From Mytilus edulis (Eukaryota), in NCBI RefSeq assembly GCF_963676685.1, contig NC_092356.1, positions 49,662,001-49,726,000 of the forward strand: a stretch of 64,000 bases of DNA, written 5' to 3'. A program made the translations under genes and the position numbers. The notes under the pieces are model-generated. The model made no database searches. It was not told the DNA's origin and saw nothing but the letters and a program-made list of their open reading frames with translations. Of this stretch, positions 12,001 through 24,784 are shown one piece after another (the stretch's first letter is position 1; every line of letters begins with the position of its first letter).

Positions 12001-15000
12001 GTAGGCTTACTCATAATATTTTTCAATTTCTGTACAAAAATATACTGGCATTCAGAAACAAGGGCGTTTATATATATTAATGAACTATTCATTGTTGATG
12101 TTATTTTGGTTTGTAGAATCTGTCACCCTCGTCTCTTATCACCGGAAGAAAAACCTTATCGGAAATAAAAATTATAATAAATTTTTAACTCGAATCTAAG
12201 CTTTCTGATTTTCGAAAATCATACTGTAATCGTTTTTTTTTTATCTCAGAAATGAGAAGCAGAGAGTGATCAGTTTAAGTCAACCTAAAAAACCTAAGGC
12301 CCTAAGGCCAAAGATGACGACCACTCTGAAATCCCCCATAAAACTAAATATAGATGATATAATCCAATTAAGAATATATGATGTATGACACATTACTAGA
12401 CCAATAGAAAGACTGGACTGCAAAATTACATGACCAAATAAGGATGGGCCAGCGAGGAATTCTCCCCACCCAAAATATAGATAATATAATCCGATTAAAA
12501 ACGTATGACGTATGTCACATTTTTGAACCAATGAATAATCAGTTGCCAAATAAGGATGTTTATCAACCATAAATCAATCCATTTAAGGACATATTTGTTT
12601 TATCATATGATGAAATGCTTTATTATGAAATTAAATATATTTGACCAACTAAATCTATTGAATATTGAATAGTGGTAAAAGGAGCTGGAAATTAGGTAAA
12701 CCAGGTAAACCAGTGGAAAGAGAGCTATCATTTGATTTGTGTTCATTCTCAAAGGAGACTAGAATGGTTCAAACATCAGTAGATAATTCAAGAATTAAGG
12801 CAGCACTAAGGAAATCCATTTCATGGTCCATCTTTCATGCTTAAGCTTTATGGTTATCAGATGGGAACAAACTACCTGCAATGGCTGCCTTTTAATCTCT
12901 TTTTCACTAGCAAGCTTCATTTATTGCAATGAGACGACATTCATTGGACACTTATCAAAGAGCAATAAGGAAGCTAAATTGAGGTCAAACTCCCCTTGCG
13001 GCTTTAGACTAACCACTTTTTAAAGTAGCATCACTAATACAATGGAAGTGGCCTCTGATGAATAAGTGGGCTTGGAGATAGAATTTGTGGATGGACAAGT
13101 GTTTAGTATATAACCATGTTACATAATCCGGTACAGTAGATTCATTATTGAGGACTTCTCATTGTACATAATAATGTAGAGCACATCAAGTTACTGCATG
13201 CACACTTTACCGTTTATTGTCAAACACTTACTGCTGGTACATATATTCCTTGATTAATGGTAAGGTGATTTAAGAATTTGAAAGGTAGTGCTTGGAAAGT
13301 TCTAAAAATCTTTTCATTTTATATTAAAGTATTTTACCATGCGATTTGAATTAACAGTATTGGTATTCGTAAGGTATATGTATGTAATACTACCCTTTTT
13401 GTATATATAGAAGCTCTTGCAAATATTATTCCTTGTTTTTTTGCTTTGAATCACACTATAAACTGTGGGACCATTCATTAACGTGATATGCTTTATTTCT
13501 CGACATCAAATCAAGAAATTCAGATAGCATTCCTTGACTGAAATTGTGTGTTTTACCAAACAGAGAAAAAAATTCTGGCTTTTGACAAAACCAACGAAAA
13601 AAATAAAGCATGTTTTAAAACAGATGGTCGTGATGTTGGATTAAAGCGAAATCCAGGAGCACCTGGATTTCAGTTCATTGATTATGACATGCTCAAGAAA
13701 CATCAAATTATAGAAAGACTTAACATTCTGCAATGCCTTCACTAGTTGTGACATAGTGTCAATTATTTTTCAGAAGGATAAGAAATCAGAACCGGACCCA
13801 ATGTCCATTTATTATGAATCACGAGAAGCATTTTTTCAGATTTCAAAAATTCAGATAAAGTTGAAATATTAAACGTGGAAAAAAAATAAAGCAAGGCATG
13901 TTGTTCTTCTTTGTGGTCGGTCTAGTTTATTTAATAAACTGAGTGAATATAGAAGAAATCATACACACAGAAGACAAAAACAATTGACAATATTTCTCCG
14001 ACGCGACATGCACTACTTTGACACAGGAAACGCTGCGATGTAATGTTAAGAACGAATCCACTGTACTATACGAAATTATAATGATGTTCATGCAAATGCT
14101 TGAAAGCAGCATTATGTAACCGCTCACCAGACTGTGAGAGGGAAACTGTGCTAAATTTGATTTCCTACATTTGAATCTTATTTGATTATCAATAATTTTA
14201 ATGTGTTTCTTAAAGTAGTTATGCCAAATAATTATTTTTGATGCACCCGTTTTTATTTTCGCCCCCATCCAAATATAATACTTGTCTTATATTTTTGTAA
14301 GGTTTAATATATGTTTTTTATCGATACATTTTCGGAAGTCATGTAAATATTTACTAAAACTGAAAAAAAAATACAGCTTGTCAGAAACGCCATTATGTTA
14401 GGTATCGGCAATATGCATTTCATAGTTTATGTCTTCTCTTACATATATATAAAAGATTCGTTGGTATTGGTATCCAAATAAATGTTTTATCATTCATGGA
14501 GATATTTGTGTATAAAATTTACGCCTCATTATTAATGTACAAATTATTGTCGGCATTTTTCACGGCGCTATTATGAATTTTGCCGCCATTTTGAAAGCAT
14601 GTTCCCTGGTATTATTAATACACTGTAAACCTGTGTCTTCATCTCATGATCAGCTTCACAAATCTGTTATCTTTCTATTCATTATTGATAGAGAATATAT
14701 ATAAATTCCCTCAAACTTTGACACGTTGTACTTTGCCATTTTGAATTTAGACGCCATTTCGATTAATTTTATATTTCATGAAGTTTAAAACATATTTATT
14801 GATATGTCTTACATGTATTTCCTTAGTTTTGTGTTATCTTCTGGACTCTTACATATTGGTAGACTTTATCAAATGAGTGATGTTGTAATCTCTGTTCCTT
14901 ATGTCAGCCATCTTTGATTTGGCGGCCATTTTCAACTTCAACTACTGTTTATAAAGGCAACAGTAGTATACCGCTGTTGGAATTCATAAATCGAGAAAGA

Positions 15001-15317
15001 AACAAAAAATCAAGGTAACAGACTAAAACTTAGGGAAACACAGCAAATATAAGAGGAGAACTGATACACAACAGAAACACAACATTACAAACACAGAAAC
15101 GAACTATAATATAACAATGTCCATTTTCGTGACTTGGTACAGGAAATTTAAAAACAAAATGGTTTGTTGAACCTGGTTTTGTGGCATGCCAAACCTCCCG
15201 CTTTAATGGCAATGTAAAAAATAACATTCAAATGACACCATGATATGACTACAAAAAAATAAATGGGAGAACATAAAGGACAGAGAAACATACAAAAAAC
15301 AGCTAACAAAAGGTGCC

Positions 15318-16317
15318 AGGTTTAAAATTTGATACGCAAGACGCGCGTTTCGTCAACACAAGATTAACCCGAAAAGCTCTGATGAAAAAAGTTCCAAAGC
15401 AAAAACAAGTACAAAGTTGAAGAGCATTGAGGACCAAAAGTTCCTATTCGGCTAGGGTTTTCTGCCTGGGATAGAATTGAGGACCAAAAGTTCCTATACG
15501 GTTAGGGATTTCTGCCTGGGATGAGAACATCCTTTTTATTTAGAATATTTCATACTTTTGCAGACAGAATTTTTTTTATAAAATGACTATATAATTGATA
15601 TAAATGATAAAACCGGTGGCTGACTTTAAAATAAAAATGTATAGATGAATAACCTAAACCAGCATATAAAAATTCACAGCCACGTTAGCCAAATCGATAA
15701 ACTCACAAGTTTAAGTGACGTCACATTGAATTTCTAAACATTTCCCAACAATAGGATAGAATTAGGAATTAGGATTAGATTAGTTTTGTAAGGTTGATAT
15801 AGTTATCAAAGGTACCAGGATTATAATTTTGTACGCCAGACGCGCGTTTCGTCTACATCGTCTACATCGCATCAGTGACGTTCATATCAAAATATTTGTA
15901 AAGCCGAACAAGTAAAAAGTTGAAGAGCATTGAGGATCCAAAATTCCAAAAAGTTGTGCACAATACATCTAAGGTTATCTATGCCTGGGATAAGAAAATC
16001 CTTAGTTTTTCGAAAAATTCAAAGTTTTTTTAAAAATGACCACATTATTGATATTCATGTCAACACCGAAATGTTGACTAGTGGGTTAGTGGTACACTCG
16101 GGGACGAAACGTCCACCAGGAGTGGCATCGACCCAGTGGTGTAAATAGTTATCAAAGGTACCAGGATTATAATTTAGTACGCCAAGCGAGGGTTTCGTCT
16201 ACATAAGACTCATCAGTGACGCTCAATATTTATAAAGCAAAACAAGTACAAAGTTGAAGAGCATTGAGGATCCAAAATTCCAAAACGCTGTGCCAAATAC
16301 ATCTAAGGTAATCTATG
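15318..16317 (-). mobile_element. Cluster of retrozyme-like repeats: ~1.5 tandem units with 346-bp period (15801 and 16147) plus a diverged relative at ~15318-15630; hammerhead motifs degenerate
   Basis: agttatcaaaggtaccaggattataattt recurs at 15801 and 16147, each followed by a mutated reverse-complement hammerhead core. Confidence 0.8.
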
Positions 16318-16586
16318 TTATCGCTTTTTTGTTCGTTTTTCCTTTAATCTTTTTTTGTGATAATTTTTCATATCATGCCACTCGCTTGAGATGGAAAATT
16401 ATCGCTAGAAACTAAGAAAGCACAAGGCGTTGCTAACGAAATTGACATGAAATTGAAAACGTCGTCATAGGTAAAATAGCGATAAACAGATTATCATTGG
16501 TCATCTCAACTCGATTGCCTTTTTCGCTTTCGCCGTCCCGGCTCATGCGAGAAAATCAATCTCGTTGAGATGATCAACGATAATCT
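16318..16586. mobile_element. Non-autonomous fold-back element (short IR bracket plus ~100-bp hairpin)
   Basis: ttatcgct (16318) ... agcgataa (16478-16485); hairpin agattatcattggtcatctcaac ... gttgagatgatcaacgataatct (16488-16586). Confidence 0.7.
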
Positions 16587-16990
16587 ATAAATATAACATT
16601 AATTAAAGGGGCACTAGCTACGAGATATATAAAAAAAATAATATCATCCTTATTTGCTCTACAATAATGAAATGCAAATAGTGAAATGATAATTAACATT
16701 TAGCAGCCAGTATGGTTCAATTTTGTTGAATTAAGCTAATAGACAGAAAAAATATTACAGTCATTTCTTATAATTTAATTCTAAATAAACCGTAGAAAAC
16801 CATGAAAAAACGTTGAAGACGTCACGGTCACATGACTAAATTATGGCTATGGGCTCATAACAAAATAACGTCAGCCAATCAGAATACGCGTTACATCCAA
16901 AACTAAATTATATAAAAATAAAAATAAAATTTCTCATTTATATGTAACAATAATTAGTTAAATATTACATGGAAAGGAGACCAAAATTTT

Positions 16991-17948
16991 TCACACACTT
17001 GGACTATTTTTCTCTGCAATATAATGTCCAAGAACTTGGTATTTCTTTATTCTATTCTTTAACCCAACCATATTTGGTTTTATTTCATTTAATTTACATT
17101 TGTATATATAATTCTTTGTAATTATGACTAACAGATTCAGTAATAAACTTTCATGTTTGCAACCAAGAAACACATTCTCTTTGTTAAGAACAAAGTTTAC
17201 AAAAAAAAGATTTACTACATTTGGAAAAGACTGCCACAAATATCACCATTATCAGGCTTATCCAAATCTTACTTTTAACAGTTCTCTTTAAGGCATTTTT
17301 TCATATATCGAGGGATTCTTGAAATCAGACCATGATATTTGATAAAATTGTTGATTTTTACTCTTTCTTGAAAATGCTCAAATTTATAAAAATTCATATT
17401 TTCTTTATTATTTAAGGTCACTTACTGACTGCACATCTCCTTGTTTCCATTGAATATAATATGGGAAATCATCCAAAGAAGAAAAGTTCAAAATATCTAA
17501 TGATAAAATGTCACTGACAGAATTCTCAGTATTAGGTTTTGCTATAGAAAAGCATAGTAAAACAGCCTTCCAGAAAGGATTTTTACATCTTTTAGAAATC
17601 TCAATCAGCTTTTCTTTCTGTAGATGTAAAACCCTTTCACCCCATACTTTGTGAGGTCTGCCAGTAACAACTTCTGCCAGCCACCAAGTGGGTTTGACAT
17701 CAGTCTTTTTATCCAACTAATTTTTAAATAGATGTTAAAGGAATGAAGATGTACCATATTAAGTCCACCTTGTGAAAAATCACAAAGTGTGTTACGCTTA
17801 ATTCTGTCTGGTTTGATCCTTGGATACATGGAAAAGGTCCACAGGTATATGTAATATCCAATTTGGACAGTTTTTGAGGATGTATACCAAACGTTTCGCA
17901 TCCATATTGGAATAGGACATATATCTTTCCATTGAGGCAACACATCAT
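16991..17948 (-). mobile_element. Degenerate LINE (L1/Tx1-like) ORF2 3' relic
   Basis: Frameshifted pieces IKRNTLCDFSQGGLNMVHLHSFNIYLKISWIKRL, NPFWKAVL and LLNLLVIITKNYIYKCK resemble the post-RT region of L1/Tx1 ORF2. Confidence 0.75.
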
Positions 17949-20900
17949 TTTTTTAATAAATGAAATAAAACCCTTATCTTGGGGATATTGTTTCTAATGG
18001 TGGTAACCATGGAAACTAAAAAGTTAAAATTGCACATTTTTCCACTTTCTTGAACAAATACATTTGTAAATGTAATTGAAAGTTGACTTATAATTCATTT
18101 ACTCTTGAATTACCTTTAAATAATTATTTACAAGAGAAATACACTTAATATCATTTAATAGGTATGTTGCTATGGAAACAAGGCTGCCAAAACAATTATT
18201 TTTGTCAAAAAATGTAAACATTTGTAAAATCTGCAAATTTAAAAATTAAACACAAAAATAAAACAAGTTCAGTAACAAAATGGCATCATACTGACTAACG
18301 TTTATAAACGTCTATTTCGTTTTCGACGGATCAGTAACAGTGTATGATGATTTTAACACCATAAATGCCAAGAATCATTATTACTTTCTTTCAGGTGTTT
18401 ATTAGTTTATTTGTTACATAATAAAATAAATAATGATACAGAGTGTAAGGTACGCTAGCACTGTCATTAGTTTATTCTTATAAACAAGTTGCTCATGATA
18501 ATTCTAATTGAAAAATCGAAAAATCTAAATTTCGGTCATTTTCGTAACAAATAAACTGTAATATTTACACAAAGTGACTAAAGTACTGGTATTCTATTGA
18601 TTAACTGTTAGTAACACAATGATTTCACTATAACAATATACACTTAATTTTTGTTTTTAAAGTTTTACTTTAAACTGCAACCATTTCAGTATACGCCGAA
18701 AAGTTTTAATAATTTCGATTAAAAAATACGCCAAAATTAAACCCGCCAAAATTGTTCGTTTACCTTATTGCCCCAAAATCGCTAAATTTTAAGCCAAAGA
18801 AAATAACCCGCTAGACGATAATTCAATATAGTATTGTTTTTATTTGGACTTTGAATAAAACTATCATGGTCGAGTGAGACAACATCTATAAGAATGCAGG
18901 ATGCGAAATCCAAACCTAAAAGAATTTGCATTTAGACTTTGATTTCATAAATCCTATAATAGATAATTGATGAAAAATGGGAATGTGAACTGCTGGGGTT
19001 ATCGTTCGTATCACAATTTGAATTACCAACGAGTTGGGTCTCCCTTTGCTTGGATTTCTTAGACCATACGGAAATCAGAGTAACAACTTTTCCCATACCT
19101 CAATCAGTAGAAGTTTTGAATGAAGATATCGCAGACATCGTATATTAAAAACCAAGTTACCTCAAAGTAACCAGATACGATCTGTATTTAATCAAATTAA
19201 TCTAGAGAGACGCAAACTTCAACTTCCATCACCTGAAATATAACCACCAGTTTTGCTTGCTGCACTTTTGAAAGAAACCTATAAAACATTGAATAAAACA
19301 TGCAGAAAAGGTGAAGATGTTCAGTTTCAACCCTAGCCGTAGCTTTTACTCTTGATCTCACGATCGTAGAAGACATATATGAAAACCAAACATGCCCAAA
19401 AGCAGAAGTACCTCTTTTGAGAGAATACTGCGAAGTACCTATGTAGCAGCAACAACAATACTTTGATTTTAATCATACGTTTACAATGATCGTGTCTGCA
19501 CCGACACGCTACACGTAAAGAGGGTGTGCCAACTATGCACAGAGAGGATCGTGCGGTTGAACATGATATTGCAGCCACTATATAGAGAAATACAGTGCTA
19601 CTGCGAGTGACATCCATTTTGATAGGCTTCGTCTCAATTTCATACTCTATTAGTCAATCAAAAATATTTGTGTTTTGGTCTGTTTCTTAGATACTTTAAG
19701 CAATAGACCTGTATTTTGTGTATTTAATAGTTCTGAAATGTACACGTTTGACTTATATGTTTCATCTGACTTATTGCTTAGTTCATAGTTCAACTGTCAA
19801 AGTTCAGTATGCTTGTTTTGGTTCATTTCTCAGTTACCATATTCAATATTTGAACGATATAAAGTGATGTAATTTATAAGGTACACATATGTCACTTACA
19901 CTTCATTTCCATGGTTCCTTGAACAATCATATTATGTTTACATGGTTAAGTCGGACTTTTGTTTTAAACTTCAAGCAATAGGCAAGGTATAATTCGGGTA
20001 TGGAATGATTGTAATTTGTATATGTTTATCTATAAGGTATTATTTGAACTTGAACATATTTCATTGTTTATTGTTCAATATTGAGTATTTTTGTTATCAT
20101 GTGCGATGAACAATAGAAAAACTATATTTAGTATATTGATTGATTGTTAGTTTTAAACATGTTTTCTCCTTACAGGTAATCTGAACTTAAACTCGTTTCT
20201 ATAGTTCATTGGTCATGTTAAATTAGATGGTTAAGTCTTTTTTCGTAAGAGGTCATTTTCTGTTAGAAGGTTTGAACTGATCTTAAACTCATACCATTGA
20301 TAACGTTGTATGCTCTAATTCATTTGTCAGATACTTTAAGCTACTACATGTAAGTAAACTATATTTTGAATTATTTTTATATGTGCATGTCTGTCTGTGT
20401 GCAATATCTGACCTAAACCGAATTTTCATGTGAAAATTATGAAACAGCTGTACATGTGTAAGGAGAGACATTTTAGGTGTGAGTTCTTGTTATCAGTAAG
20501 TAGGTCAGTGACATACTAATGGTTTAGGGAGGCTAAAGGGTATCACTTCCTAATATCACATCTCCCATTAACAAACCAAATTAAAAAGATACACTTCTAG
20601 ACTACGAATAGCCAATTAATCAACACAATATAAAGACGCCCCTAGATTTTGATCTGTATGTTTTGGCTACATGTATATCACACTACTTATTGTTATCCAT
20701 ATTATTCACTTTTGTAAGATATTTGATCTTCCATACATTTTTCTGGTAACTTTCTGGTAAGGATTTTATTGACCTAAATACAGTTGAATAGCTTATCTTA
20801 TTTGCGGATTGGTGTATATGGTAATTGAATTTTGAGTTTTGGAAGTTTTTAAAATTTGAATTTAGATATGAATCGGTGTGATTTGAATTGAAAACTTTGG

Positions 20901-21027
20901 TCCTTGAATCTAGGCGAACTGATCTGTATGTGTGTTAGTAGCGATATCAGAAAAAAACCAGATGTATCGTTAGATAGCTAATGTTTTCATTGACAACATT
21001 AGATAACTTGCAATTATTGAATTTCAG

Positions 21028-21248
21028 GAAACAAGTTAGATTCATCAGATTTTGACATCCCATTGATGATCTGTCTTCTACGAAATTTGGCTGATCTACC
21101 TATCAGTGATTTAATGCCACTTGAATCTCAGAGGAAACCAACTGACGAATTGACGAGAATAAAATTCTACAGAAATGCCATCGTCAATGGAAACAGAAGT
21201 AATCTTTCAGATGAACGTTTTCTAACAAATTGGAATACTATTTGTAAG
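21028..21248 (+). CDS. HEPN-STAND-ANK coding exon 2 (DZIP3-like HEPN core)
   Basis: tttcag|GA AAC AAG ... TGT AAG|gttagt; GNKLDSSDFDIPLMICLLRNL...RIKFYRNAIVNG...WNTICK. Confidence 0.9.
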
Positions 21249-23317
21249 GTTAGTTGGTTTTCAATTTAAACGAACGCTTGTACATGCTTTATACAATACT
21301 AATCATTGTATTATAAATGCAAAATTGTTAAAATGTATTGTAAAAAAAATTTCAATTTTTCGTATACCTTTGGATTGAGGCGTGGAAAAATAATTAATTT
21401 AATGGAAGTATTTATTTTCACCTTCTTCATTCTCTTAACAGGCCAGAGTTATTCCATTGGTTTTTCAATTGAATTGTCAAATATCTTTCATGTTTGGGCC
21501 ATAAAAACCGCCTAAATAGTATGGGGTTTTGTCATTGTTGAAGGCCGTATGGTTGCATATGATTTCTTTACAAATTCACTGCATTCGTACTTTCACTTAC
21601 AGTTGTCTCAATTATGCCACATCTTCGTATCTCTATACATGATATTTTATTCATAATCGTTTAAAAAATTATTTAAACGTTGCATCAATAATAGCCGGTA
21701 GATAAAATTAAGTATCTTGTAGTAAAATTTAAAGATAGTGTCATTTAAGGTTCAAAAAGTCTTATTGTAGCCTGAGGAGAGAATGCAGGAAGTAAAAAAA
21801 TAATGCTCTCATATATATTTTGAAGGGTTAAAAGCAATTCTTTAGTACATGCCAATAAAAGCTTAATTATAACCGCTAGAAACACTTATGTTCAGTATGT
21901 AACATTAAGGGGGATTTTTCGGGAGTGAACACCATATTAGATCTTCCGATTCTGGCTGGAAATTTTGAAGGTCCAAATATTAGGAAACGTTTTGATAGCA
22001 AAATAAAACTTACTGGACAAACAAAATGACAGGATCTTAAGGACATATAATTTATCCTTACCCTGAGGTCCAGGTAAATTAACCCCTAAAGTAAAAATAA
22101 GGTATGTTTGTTTTTCTCAATATTGTATGCCGTATAGACTTTACTCTGGTCGCCAGTTGTCTTATTGGCAATGCTACTAAATCTTCATATTTTTATCCTT
22201 TAATGTGTCTAACTTATCAGACAGCAAGAAGAGAAATGGTGCTGTTTCATTTTCCAGACTTGAACGAAAATAATGCACATCAAAATTATTTTTGTATTTT
22301 TTACAATGCCTAAACTCTAACAGATTCTAACATTTAATTATATCTAATGTACATTTTTGTTGTGAAAAAACACAGCCTTTATGAATGTCAACACCTGATT
22401 AAATTATGAAGGACCTAAGCAGGGTTCAGAAGTTTCTCATAAATGGGAACTGTCTCCGTCTTTCGTTATTATACCCAATATTGGGTATCAATTAACTATG
22501 TTTAGAGTTCATAATAATTAAGTTCATGACTCAAGCATTCTTAAAAATGGCAATAATTTAAACATTAAGACCAAAATTAAGTTGAGAATGGTATTTAATA
22601 ATAATTGCTTTTCAAAATGTTACTTTTTGAAGTCTATTAATTTTATCCAGGTGATATTTCATTTATAGTGTGTTTGGGTCAAGATGTTGGAATTTACATA
22701 AATCTAACTACCATGGCAGACAATACCTTGAAATTATGTTTTTATCACTGAGTATTGATATCGGTTTTGGGGCATAACCACTGTACATGTACATAGGAAT
22801 AACACACATTTATTCTTTCCAAACCTGTTAAACCAAATCCCTTTTTCAAATGAAATGATCTTTCTCTCATTAAATGTGAAAACGCGGAAATAAATTATGT
22901 GACACTACCTATATGAAATATTTATGGTTTCATATGAAAACTTAATACCCGCTGAAATACTTATAGTATTGAAAGTTTGAGATTCTAAGTCAATTCGATG
23001 GGCATGAATTACACAGCAACTACTGCTAAATTTCCACATGCACTACAACATTATGAATTCACGAGAAGAGTTACTTTAATTATATGTGCGATTTGATTGT
23101 CAATGTGATCATCATCCACCAGAAACAAATATACGTGGATTTAAGCAACTATAAGTTACTGTATAGCCTTCAACAACATAGGAAATAATTAGAGTACAAG
23201 CGATAGCTTCACTCTCAAATGTCTCATTTCACTCACTAATGAAGTTCGAGACATCTGTGATTACTTTTATTGTTAACTCTTTAATAGTTATCAAAGGTAC
23301 CAGGATTATAATTTAGT

Positions 23318-23361
23318 ACGCCAGACGCGCGTTTCGTCTACATAAGACTCATCAGTGACAC
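23318..23361 (-). ncRNA. Minimal type I hammerhead ribozyme inside retrozyme fragment 23283-23409
   Basis: Minus strand reads GUGUCA-CUGAUGA-GUCU(UAUGU)AGAC-GAAA-CGCGCG-UC^UGGCGU: full core, stems I and II, palindromic stem III. Confidence 0.88.
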
Positions 23362-23617
23362 TCAAATCAAAATATTTATAAAACCAAACAAGTACAAAGT
23401 TGAAGAGCAATATCTTTTAGTCTTATTATTTAATCTAAATGTATTTTATCTTTTCCTTATAAAATGCAACAAACATTATTGAATGGGCTGCCTTATAACA
23501 ACGTTGTGGTAATACACAGAAAAAAATTCAGAAGGTAAGGTTCATGGTTATTGCATGAAAATTAATCATAAGTCTTATGATATCGATTTATTCCTCTAAT
23601 GTTACCATTCTTTTAAG

Positions 23618-23825
23618 TCAATACAAGGGCTATCAGATGAGTTATTTGAAGAATGTGAGAGCTTACATGTCACAGGTCTGGATCTTCTAAACAAAGATAT
23701 AAAAATCTGCATCCAAAATGCATTTAAAGAATTGTCAGAATTCAATACGTTGCATGAGAAACTTAAGAAAGAATGGGAAATACAAAAAGAAAGGAAAACC
23801 AATCCAATTCCTCCAAATCTAAGGG
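23618..23825 (+). CDS. HEPN-STAND-ANK coding exon 3 (end of HEPN plus coiled-coil linker); not in the ORF track
   Basis: ttttaag|TCA ATA CAA ... CTA AGG G|gtaagt; open frame SIQGLSDELFEECESL...HEKLKKEWEIQKERKTNPIPPNLR. Confidence 0.85.
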
Positions 23826-24784
23826 GTAAGTTTAGTTGTTTTTAAAATTTGAATTGTGGTTTTCTCATAGAACAGTTTTTTATTCCCAATGTCTTTATCA
23901 AAAGGACTGATATTGTACCCAATGTATGAGTATTTACGATACCAGATGATTTCATGACTTCCTTCTTATCGACTGAACTGTCTTTTTTTTTTTTTTAAAG
24001 ACTTTTATTATTCAAAACAAGATGAAGATTTTTACATTTTTTACCCGAACAAAATCTAGGAAGAACAGAGCAAAGAAACAAATTTAACATATTTAGCTTA
24101 TTCTACCTATTAAGACATTTACACAGCTTATAGTATAGACACTTTTTTTTTTTATCAAACAACGTTAGCGCCCAATAATTAAAAAAAATCATTGTAAGAC
24201 GTTACAAAAGTTGTTCATACTTTCGGAAAAAGTCATGAAAGTAGCCAATTAAAATAATTAAATTAATGTACAACGATATACTATCTAAATCGACGTATGT
24301 CTCCGTATTACATGAGATACCAGGATAGAAATATTGCATTTGCGCAAAATGCACTTTTCTTCTACAAAAGACTATTTAGTGACGCTCGATCGAATCAATA
24401 AAGTTAAAAAGGCCAAAAAAAGAACGAAGTTGAAGTGCATTGAGGACTTCAAATTCCTTAAAGTTTTGCAAAATACTGTCAAGGTTATCTCTTCCTGAGG
24501 TAAGATATACTTTTGTAAACTAAAGAAGTTGCAAAAGTGGTCTGTTTTTAGGTGGAAGGTCAAGTATGTCCGAGGTTCTAATCATGTGGTACTGAGGAAA
24601 GAACTAGCAATTTCTTAGATTTCAGATTATTTTCTTTAGACTAAATATAAGACGAAGTATAATGATATTTTAATTTTATTAGGATTAATTAAGATATTGT
24701 ATTATGCATTGTAGAATAATTGTATACACACTCCTTAATGGTCGTATCTGAAAAAGTTACAATCGTTGAAATCTTCTTTTATAG

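Noticed and set aside
12230-13260. Coding-looking minus-strand stretch in HEPN intron 1
   Set aside because: Multiple stops and no motif I can assign; probably a decayed transposon.
14380-14935. Repeated gccatttt(g) motifs as a YY1 enhancer cluster
   Set aside because: More simply explained as a degenerate interspersed repeat; no independent support.
18980-20470. Possible LTR/DIRS relic
   Set aside because: No paired LTRs, primer-binding site or recognisable protein motif found by eye.
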